Position numbers and translations under genes: made by a program. From an uncultured Bdellovibrionales bacterium (GTDB lineage Bacteria; Bdellovibrionota_C; UBA2361; J135): a stretch of 33,225 bases of DNA. Shown here piece after piece: positions 14,137-22,900 of the stretch. The stretch covers positions 1 to 33,225 of the forward strand of contig CAZWGK010000002.1 in assembly GCA_964633685.1 (NCBI GenBank), read 5' to 3'. Position 1 is the first letter of the stretch; each line of letters starts with the position of its first letter. A model generated the notes under the pieces. That model searched no databases. It was not told where the DNA came from and saw nothing but the letters and a program-made list of their open reading frames with translations.

Positions 14137-17100
14137 ATGTTGAGAACTATTTCTAAAATAGCTTGCTTGTTGATTCTGTTAAGAGGTCCTGTTTTTGCAC
14201 AGACCCCTGAGATTCCTGTTTTAGTTCACAAAGTGGCAGCTGCAAAAACCATGTTTATAATCGATGATTCAGGATCGATGGCCGCTGTCGTGGAGCACCC
14301 TGAGTTTAGCGCCACTGGTTCTGCTGCTACCAATACCAACAACACAATCCCAGCTATTATTTTTAAACTTGAGTCCGGGGCTGCAAATCCGACTACAACA
14401 CAAACATTAAGACCAGCACTAATTGAGTATAATTATTTATACAATAATGTTTATACCTCTTACAGGGGACAGGTTACCGGTAATTTATATGAAACTGGCA
14501 CTCTAGCCTCAGCATCAACGATTGATTCAATTGAAGATTTCGGTTGCACAACTACTACTGGTTATTGCTGCCCTCCAGTTGGTACATGCACCAACAGTAA
14601 CGTCTATGGAATAAACAATGCAGTTTTATTTTCCAACAATACGATTAGAGGATCCTCGGTATTTGCGATTAACAACCTTGCTAAAGTGTCAAATGTAAAT
14701 GTAACAGACTCGAGTGGTCATGAGTACTTGTATGTAAATGCTTACAGTAATCTCTACTACACAGTTAATAATAACTGGGGAAGCATCTGGGGGCGATTCG
14801 ACGCAAATGGTAATGCCTTGAATTATAATACTCGTGTCTTTTCCTCTCCAGGGGCAACAGTCAAGTTCAATGACAAAGAGGTTTTTCTCTCAGCAGGGCT
14901 TTACCGAATCGAATATCTTAGGTGGATTTTCTACCAAGCAAGTCCCCAGCAACTTGCGTCACTCCCTGGATATAGCCGTATGCAGATTGTCAAAGACGTA
15001 ATGGAGCAGTTAATACTAGATAATCCATCGGTAGCGTTTGGATTGGCGACTCTAAACGGCACCATGCACTCCCCCGGCGCTCACTCAGGATATTTAATGG
15101 ATCAGTGGTACACGCCTGAAGGAAATTCAACCGCTGGATTAAGACCTAAAATAAGAGCTCCGATAGGAGCCTCAGCAAATACCCTGATTGCTGCTCTTGA
15201 TAGCATAGGACCCGATGGCGGAACTCCGCTGACACATACCTATATCGAGACCTTACGTTACTTTAAAGGTCAAACAGATAACGATCCTTACTGCTCTAAC
15301 TGCACCTACACATCCCCCGTAACCTCCTCATGCGATGGGCACTTTATCGTTATGTTAACGGACGGATTGCCGACCTCCGATTCGCCGAACTCTTTTAATG
15401 GCCAGTATATTGCTGGCAATTGTGATGGAGTTTCTGACGAAGGATCATCTACAAACAACGGCTGCTCCGCCAGCAACTGTCCTAAATTTCTTGATGATGC
15501 GGCTTGTACCGCTTACAAACATGACTTTAGCTCAACGCTTGCTGGACAACAAAAAGTAATCTCTTATGCTGTCGGGCTCGGATTAGACTATGCCTTATTA
15601 AATGACTTTGCTTTTGACGGAGGCACAGGCCAGGCTCTCAGAGCTGATACATCAGATGAGATATCATCAACACTGCAAAATATTGTTACCAATATAGTTA
15701 ACACACCAGTCTCTGGTGCTGGAGTGGCCCTTGCTGAATCGTTTGGCCAGAGTGGTCGTGTCTATAGACCGAGATTTAGGGCCGATGTTTGGCGTGGCAA
15801 CATCGATGCTTTTCAATTTAAAAGCGCTGGCCTCGAATTCATGTTCGATATGGGCGATATTCTTGAATCAAGGGATGTAAGCATAAATCCTCGCACTATA
15901 TTTATCGCGTACGATCCAGATAACGATGGAAACACAAACGAGCAGATACCCTTTACCACCGCCAACGCTGCCACACTTCGACCTCTTCTATTTCAGAACT
16001 TTATCAATGGATCGGAATCCCCGTCTTTACTCGCATCTCCCTTAAGTAATTTTACTCAGAGCTCAGCAGCATCAGCACTTATTAGTTATGTTAGAGGTAG
16101 CGACCAGAGTGGTCTTAGAATTAGAGACCAGGATGGAGACGGGCTTGTTGAAAAATTAGGAGATATAGTTTACTCAAGGCCGATCGAAGTGGGGCCTCGA
16201 AACGGCAACTACAATAAAATGGACGGCTATGCCGAATTTATAGCTGGAAGAGCTGATGAGCCACACCTTTTACTAGTGGGTGCTAACGACGGAATGCTTC
16301 ATGCTTTTGACACCGAGACCGGTGAGGAATTATGGGCCTTTATTCCTGCCGCTGTCGTTAAGCATCTAGAGAAGCTATCGAGACCTCAATACAATATCTC
16401 ATATCGTCGATCTTATGTTGATGCCGATATCAGTGTCGAGGATGCGTTTGTAGACGGATCTTGGCGCACCATAGCCATGTTTGGATTAAGAACTGGTGGC
16501 ACGTCTTATGTTGCTCTGGATATCACAGACAGAGACAATCCGACCCTTCTTTTTGAAGTAAATTCCAGTGCCGTTGCAGGCGAGAGCTGGACTACTCCTA
16601 TTATAATTCCCGTGAATGGACCCCTTATCTCAAGCTCCCCCAACCAATACTCTTGGTACATGGTTGTCGGAACTGGCGAAGGTAAATCAACAGCTGGCAC
16701 TAATATTGTTGCGTATAGTCTTAATAGCTCGAACCCAACACCTCACCCTATCTCTCTTAACAGTAGCGATCCTGCAGGAACCAAAACGAGCTCAATCCTA
16801 GCAGTGCAATCAGACAAAGATTTAAGTGTTGATAGGCTCTATGTTGGAACAGAGTCAGGAGATCTTTACCGCATTAACATAATCGGCCAGCCTTCTACAT
16901 GGGTAAAACAACGGGCATACAGTGGCTCCTCTTCTCAACCTATCACTGCAAATCCGATCGCAGTCCTAGTTGAAAATCCTGTCTATAATTCACAAGCTCA
17001 AACCGGGCCTGCCACAAAACAATTAGCTATTGGAGTTTATTTTGGAACTGGTAGGTACGACACGCAACACGATATCGGGACAACTGGCACTACTACACAA

Positions 17101-17913
17101 TCAGTGATTGGATTATTTGATCCGATTAATAATATTCAAGATGATTATACAGACGCTATTACAAGCATCACTAAAACCTCTCTTAAAAATCAATCCCTAG
17201 TTAGTTATGACGCCACTCGAGGAAGTGATGGAATTTACCGATTGCCTCCCAATTACTCTGGGTTTTACTCTGATCTAGAGACAAGCATAACTCTCACCTC
17301 TGACAAATTTATTAATCCAGTTGGTATGATTACCGAACCTCCTGTAAATCTTAGAGGTGCCCTATTATTTTCTACATTTTTACCGAATCAAGGCCAATGT
17401 CAGTTAGGTGGTCATGGATTTTTACAGGCTGTAAACTTTAGAACAGGCGGTGGGCTCGCTGTTGATTATATGGTTAACAGTAGCGAACCTCTATATAACG
17501 GCGGAATACCAGATATGAATGGTGACTTAACCAAAAATATTGATGACCTTACACTTGCTTATAACTCTGGCAAGATTCAACCACTCTTAGATACACGGGT
17601 TGAATCTGTCAATAATAGCCTCCCAAATCCTTACATTATGGACGGAACTTTAAGGCAGAATGACATTCGACTCCACCAGAGCAACGGCGCCTTCATGAGT
17701 AGCGTTTCAGCTCTCGGGAATACAGGAGCTCCGAGTGGCCCTTCGATATTATTTAATGATGGCCAGATAGTTATACAGCCGGCTTATCCAGTACCTCCAG
17801 CCGCTGGCAGTGGAAACACACCTTCTGCAGCGGTACCTCCGCCGACTACAATAAAAGTAAATATATATAATCTAGCGCCTAATGTTATAAGCTTTCATGA
17901 GCTAACGGAGTAA
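14137..17913 (+). CDS. pilY1: PilY1/PilC-family type IV pilus tip adhesin with an N-terminal vWA domain
   Basis: The signal peptide ends VFAQ. The MIDAS motif DDSGSM is at aa 43-48 and MLTDG at aa 406-410. The PilY1 propeller hallmark LLLVGANDGMLHAFDTETGEELWAFIP is present, with EF-hand-like loops DPDNDGNTNE and DQDGDGLVE. Confidence 0.85.
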   Translation: MLRTISKIACLLILLRGPVFAQTPEIPVLVHKVAAAKTMFIIDDSGSMAAVVEHPEFSATGSAATNTNNTIPAIIFKLESGAANPTTTQTLRPALIEYNYLYNNVYTSYRGQVTGNLYETGTLASASTIDSIEDFGCTTTTGYCCPPVGTCTNSNVYGINNAVLFSNNTIRGSSVFAINNLAKVSNVNVTDSSGHEYLYVNAYSNLYYTVNNNWGSIWGRFDANGNALNYNTRVFSSPGATVKFNDKEVFLSAGLYRIEYLRWIFYQASPQQLASLPGYSRMQIVKDVMEQLILDNPSVAFGLATLNGTMHSPGAHSGYLMDQWYTPEGNSTAGLRPKIRAPIGASANTLIAALDSIGPDGGTPLTHTYIETLRYFKGQTDNDPYCSNCTYTSPVTSSCDGHFIVMLTDGLPTSDSPNSFNGQYIAGNCDGVSDEGSSTNNGCSASNCPKFLDDAACTAYKHDFSSTLAGQQKVISYAVGLGLDYALLNDFAFDGGTGQALRADTSDEISSTLQNIVTNIVNTPVSGAGVALAESFGQSGRVYRPRFRADVWRGNIDAFQFKSAGLEFMFDMGDILESRDVSINPRTIFIAYDPDNDGNTNEQIPFTTANAATLRPLLFQNFINGSESPSLLASPLSNFTQSSAASALISYVRGSDQSGLRIRDQDGDGLVEKLGDIVYSRPIEVGPRNGNYNKMDGYAEFIAGRADEPHLLLVGANDGMLHAFDTETGEELWAFIPAAVVKHLEKLSRPQYNISYRRSYVDADISVEDAFVDGSWRTIAMFGLRTGGTSYVALDITDRDNPTLLFEVNSSAVAGESWTTPIIIPVNGPLISSSPNQYSWYMVVGTGEGKSTAGTNIVAYSLNSSNPTPHPISLNSSDPAGTKTSSILAVQSDKDLSVDRLYVGTESGDLYRINIIGQPSTWVKQRAYSGSSSQPITANPIAVLVENPVYNSQAQTGPATKQLAIGVYFGTGRYDTQHDIGTTGTTTQSVIGLFDPINNIQDDYTDAITSITKTSLKNQSLVSYDATRGSDGIYRLPPNYSGFYSDLETSITLTSDKFINPVGMITEPPVNLRGALLFSTFLPNQGQCQLGGHGFLQAVNFRTGGGLAVDYMVNSSEPLYNGGIPDMNGDLTKNIDDLTLAYNSGKIQPLLDTRVESVNNSLPNPYIMDGTLRQNDIRLHQSNGAFMSSVSALGNTGAPSGPSILFNDGQIVIQPAYPVPPAAGSGNTPSAAVPPPTTIKVNIYNLAPNVISFHELTE

Positions 17914-17914
17914 A

Positions 17915-18319
17915 ATGAAGCTGCATATCTTCACCATTATTCTTCTCTTAACTTCCATGCCACATGCCCAAGCTCAGTCCTTAGAGGAACAAGCCGTGGC
18001 CATAAGAAAAAGTATCGAAGCAGGTCCTCCTCAATTTTCCTTAATAGGTGAGCTTCAAAAAGGGCATAATGCCGACTACTCAGTAAATGGGGAAGATTTC
18101 GTAATCGATGCAGAGACAAGAGTTACGGGTGAATTGCGGGTGGGAAGATCAGTCATGGTTCGGGGTCAACGACTAGGCAACCGGAATTATGCAAAAAAAA
18201 TATTTGTTCAAGAAAAGAGAGCCTCTAATAATACTCCATCAGTTAGCACTCCCGAAGAAGTTCAAATTAATTCAAGAGGACCAGCATTATTGCCTGGCAC
18301 TAATTCAAAAATAGATTAA
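17915..18319 (+). CDS. Small secreted hypothetical protein (in the PilY2 position)
   Basis: Signal peptide MKLHIFTIILLLTSMPHAQA/Q. It starts 1 nt after the pilY1 stop. No pilin-type N-terminus. Confidence 0.5.
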   Translation: MKLHIFTIILLLTSMPHAQAQSLEEQAVAIRKSIEAGPPQFSLIGELQKGHNADYSVNGEDFVIDAETRVTGELRVGRSVMVRGQRLGNRNYAKKIFVQEKRASNNTPSVSTPEEVQINSRGPALLPGTNSKID

Positions 18320-18360
18320 CCAGCTTTCCTCTTTGCTCTATAACAGGATATACTTCCATC

Positions 18361-19128
18361 ATGCGAGTGCTACTTACAAATGATGATGGCTTTGATGCCC
18401 CAGGCCTTAGAGCCCTTTATAAAACATTTAAATCCTCGAGCTCTGTTTCGGATGTTATTGTAGCCGCGCCTGAGAAACAGATGAGCTGCACTGGCCTATC
18501 TCTCACTCTTCACAAACCACTGAGATTCATAGAGGTTGAATCTAACTATTACAAGGTCAATGGCTCCCCAGCAGACTGTGTTTGTTTAGTTGCAGGCCTA
18601 ATCAGGCGAGATAAAATAGATATGGTTGTCTCAGGTATCAATGAGGGTCCCAATCTAGGAAATGATGTCTCATATTCGGGGACTGTCTCAGCTGCCATAC
18701 AGGCAACAAATATGGGCATTAAAGCTATTGCTCTCTCTTTATCGACATGGAAAGCAGATGAAGAACTACTAACAGCTTCAGCAAATATAGCGCTAGAATG
18801 GGCCAAGAAGTTTCATTCCAAAAATTTACCTGGCCAAACATTTCTCAATATAAATATTCCGGTAATCAAACCAGATTCAACAGGAAAATATACGTTTCAA
18901 GATCCTGTGGTAGCTAAGTTAGGTAAGAGAACTTACGATTATACCCTAGAAGAAAGATCTGATCCTAGAGAGAGACCTTACTACTGGAACTGCGGTAAGC
19001 CGATCGGCCACTGCAATCAAAAAGAAACTGATTGTTCACTATTAGATGAGCAAAGGATTTCAGTTACACCGATTAAACTAGATCACACCAATTATGAAGC
19101 CCTCGAGGCTCTTAAAAACTGGAAATAG
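18361..19128 (+). CDS. surE: 5'/3'-nucleotidase SurE
   Basis: MRVLLTNDDGFDAPGL N-terminus, plus GINEGPNLGNDVSYSGTVSAA. Confidence 0.9.
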   Translation: MRVLLTNDDGFDAPGLRALYKTFKSSSSVSDVIVAAPEKQMSCTGLSLTLHKPLRFIEVESNYYKVNGSPADCVCLVAGLIRRDKIDMVVSGINEGPNLGNDVSYSGTVSAAIQATNMGIKAIALSLSTWKADEELLTASANIALEWAKKFHSKNLPGQTFLNINIPVIKPDSTGKYTFQDPVVAKLGKRTYDYTLEERSDPRERPYYWNCGKPIGHCNQKETDCSLLDEQRISVTPIKLDHTNYEALEALKNWK

Positions 19129-19887
19129 ATGAGCTCTCCGTCACTAAAAAAATTTATTGGGATAGATAGGATAGGCCACCTACTACAAAAATTTTCAGAT
19201 CAATCAAAAACAGAGACTCCAGTTCAAGTGAGCTATATCGGCTTAATTGTAGCCCTAGGCATATCTTTACTACCCGCCGCATCTCATTTCCTGGAGCCGT
19301 ATCAGGAGCAGATCGATATTGTAACAGTCTTCATAGGTACCGCTACGGTTCTATCTATACTATTTAGAGTGCGTCACAGAATCCCTTTCCTATCCGTGAC
19401 AAATTGGAGACAATCGCTTTCTTTAACCCATACTGCGTTTGCTATAGGTGCCATACCAACCGCATTTGTACTTCTTTTTAGCCCAGAGAGTCTCTTGCCT
19501 CCACCTCAAATGCTCAATTCTGGCACCGAGCATGGGATTGTAGTTGACCGAATGTGGCAAGTAATTTTACAAATTGCTGTCTGGGCAGGTCTTACCGAAG
19601 AGTTTATTTATCGAGGCCTCCTAATATCTGCTATCAGAAGAAGTCACCTATTAGGATTAAGTCAACTCAAGAAAGATAAAGTAGCTGTTATCGTATCTGC
19701 CGTGATTTTCGGATTTAGCCACTACATGTTGTGGGGGCTACCTGCCTCCTTAACCCTGACTGGTCTCGGGATTGGATTCGGAATAGCCTACATAGCTATT
19801 GGGGAGCTACTCCTACCGCTCATAGTTTATCACATAATTTTTGATGCTCTTAGCTTGAGCTTCGCCTTCCTGGCTTATAAGATATAA
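19129..19887 (+). CDS. CPBP-family (CAAX-type) intramembrane metalloprotease
   Basis: Multi-TM protein with EEFIYRGLL (EExxxR), FGFSHY (FxxxH) and HIIFDAL motifs. It starts immediately after the surE stop. Confidence 0.8.
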   Translation: MSSPSLKKFIGIDRIGHLLQKFSDQSKTETPVQVSYIGLIVALGISLLPAASHFLEPYQEQIDIVTVFIGTATVLSILFRVRHRIPFLSVTNWRQSLSLTHTAFAIGAIPTAFVLLFSPESLLPPPQMLNSGTEHGIVVDRMWQVILQIAVWAGLTEEFIYRGLLISAIRRSHLLGLSQLKKDKVAVIVSAVIFGFSHYMLWGLPASLTLTGLGIGFGIAYIAIGELLLPLIVYHIIFDALSLSFAFLAYKI

Positions 19888-19910
19888 GCACTTAAAATCG
19901 TCTGGATTAC

Positions 19911-22900
19911 ATGAGCAAGCGCCTTAAAATAACTCGTGCGCGAGAGAACAACCTAAAGGAAATCTCCTTAGAGATTCCTCATGATGAACTTACGGTAATC
20001 ACCGGACTATCAGGTTCTGGTAAATCCTCACTCGCTTTCGATACCATTTATGCAGAAGGTCAACGACGGTATCTTGAAACGTTCAGTTCCTATACCAGAC
20101 AATTTTTCGACCAGGTTAAAAAACCAGATGCCGATCTGATTGAACATGTTCGTCCGGCCATAGCCATAGAGCAGAAAACCAAAATCAAATCGTCTCGGTC
20201 TACGGTTGGCTCAATGGCAGGGTTAAACGAATACCTTAAAGTTCTCTGGAACTTCTTTTCCACACCAGTCTGCCCAGCCTGCTCAACTCAAATTGAAACT
20301 TTTACCAGTAAAAGTGCTGCCCTCAGACTAAATGATATTTTGAATTTATATCCTAATTCAATTTTTGTAATTACAGCTCCTATAGCTTTGGTCAACGAGC
20401 CTAGTAGTGTAAAAATAAAAAATAAAAAATCTGGGATTAAGGAGTCTTTAAGAATAGCGCTTGAAAGATTAAAGCTGCTGGGATTTTCTCGTCTTTTCGA
20501 CCCTAATACATGCTCTTTTGTTGAAATTACAAACGAAAGCTCATCATCTTTGGAGAACACTTTAGCCGATTTCAATAACATTATTTACGCCGCAATTGAA
20601 AGAATCAAAAAAGGTAGTCACTCAATCGAAAGTCTAACGGAATCAGTAGATAGAGCCTTTACTCTTTCTGGAGATTCTTGTGCCGTGATAGACACAACTA
20701 AGAGTAAAGTCAGACCTCTTAGAACTATCATAGCCTGCCCCAGCCAAACCAATATAAAAACTAATCAGAGTAAAATATTTACATTCAAACAAACGCCAAC
20801 CTGTGAATTTGCAGGAATTAATCTAAAAAAGAAACGTCCTTCGCTTTTTAGTTTTAATCATCCCTACGGTGCCTGCGAAAAATGCAAAGGATTCGGTTCT
20901 ATTTTGGAGGTGGATCGAGACAAATGCATCCCAGACAAACGGCTCTCCATAGAGCAGGGTGCTTTACAATGCTGGAATGGTGACAGTGCTGGTGGTCAAC
21001 TCAAAAAACTCTTAAAATTTGCTACTGTACATAAAATCGATACTAAAAGTCCTTGGAAAGAATTACCGAAAGAGACCCAAGATTTAGTTTTCTTCCATGA
21101 TACACCTGAATTTCGAGGCATAAACGCGTGGTTTAAAAAGCTCGAACGTAAGATGTACAAAACTCACGTCAGGGTCTTTGTAGCGAGATATCGTAAAGAG
21201 AGAATTTGTCCCGAATGCAGTGGTACTCGATTTAATACCAGCTCATTGGCTTATAAAATTAATACACTATCAATCTCGGATGCGAATAAGATGCCGCTCG
21301 ATGAGCTATTCGAGTGGGTAAATAATCTTGCAAAGTCAGGCACAGACCTGCCCAGACAGATTCAAACTGTCTATCAAGAGCTTAAATCCCGACTCGGTTA
21401 TTTAATCGAAGTCGGCTTGCCTTATCTAACATTGGATAGGCAATCAAATACCTTATCAGGCGGCGAGACTCAGCGGGTTAACTTGGCCTCATCAATTGGC
21501 AGCAACTTAGTCTCAACTCAATTCATACTAGATGAACCAACAGTGGGACTTCATGCAAGAGACACAAATAGACTGATTAAGGCTATTCATGCTCTTAAAA
21601 ATAGGGGGAACTCTGTCCTAGTCGTGGAACACGACACGGAGGTAATTAATAGCGCCGACAATATTATCGAAATTGGACCAGGGGCTGGGAACAACGGAGG
21701 CCAAATATCATTTAATGGCCCAATTTCAAAGTGGCACGGCCTAAATTCCCCAAATTGGCCGAAACCGATTACTCTTCCGGCCGATATCCCTAATATTCAC
21801 ATTCATAAAGCTCGTGCGAGAAATCTTAAGTCCTTCCATTTATCCATACCCCTAAACGGCCTAGTCACAATCTCAGGCGTCTCAGGTAGCGGAAAAAGCA
21901 CATTATTACACGAAGTCATCGTAGGCGCTGCGGAGGCTAGAAAAGCAGGGGAGACAATCAACACAGCTGATTCAGTTGAAGGTCTGGATTTAGTTGATGA
22001 TGTCATCCTAGTAGACCAAACTCCAATCTCCAAAACACCAAGAGGGAATATTGCGACCTACACAGATATCTGGACAACAATAAGAAAGCTATTAGCCGAG
22101 ACTCCAGATGCCCAATTGAGAAAACTAAGCGCCTCTTCTTTTTCTTTCAATGTCGATGCGGGTCGGTGCCGAAGCTGCAATGGAGCTGGATTCATAAAAG
22201 AAGACATGCAGTTTTTAAGTGATGTCTATATTCAATGCGAAAGTTGTCTAGGCAAGAGATTTCAACAAAAAGTATTAGAGGTTCGGTTTAAGGGTCGGAC
22301 AGTTGCAGATCTCTTGGATATGTCTGTAGCGGAAGCCAGAGAGGTTTTCTCCGATTACGCAGGGATTCACAACATTGCCCAGAGATTGACTGATTTGGGT
22401 CTCGACTACCTAAGACTTGGTCATCCATTAAGCGAATTGTCTGGTGGCGAAGCCCAAAGATTAAAACTGATATCTCATCTCGATTCACAGAATAAATCCG
22501 TCCTGTTCTTATTCGATGAGCCCACGACCGGGCTACACGTTCAGGACGTTGCGCGGCTTTTAACGTTATTTCGCAAACTAATATCCGATGGGCATTCTAT
22601 TATCTGCGTTGAACACAACCTGCACCTCATAGCCGCATCAGACTGGGTTATTGATATGGGGCCCGAGGGCGGTGCCCACGGAGGTCGGATTTTATTTGAG
22701 GGGCCTCCTAAGGATCTTATTAAGATGGCATCATCCTCGCACACAGCCAAATTTCTAAAAGATATTATTTCAAAAGATGGCGACCAGAGTCAAAAGATTA
22801 TTGATATCAAAAAGTCGCGCATTAAAGAGCAATCTGGAACTCTAACGAAAGCCGAAACAATCGAAATAAGAGGGGCGAGGGAGCATAACTTAAAAAACAT

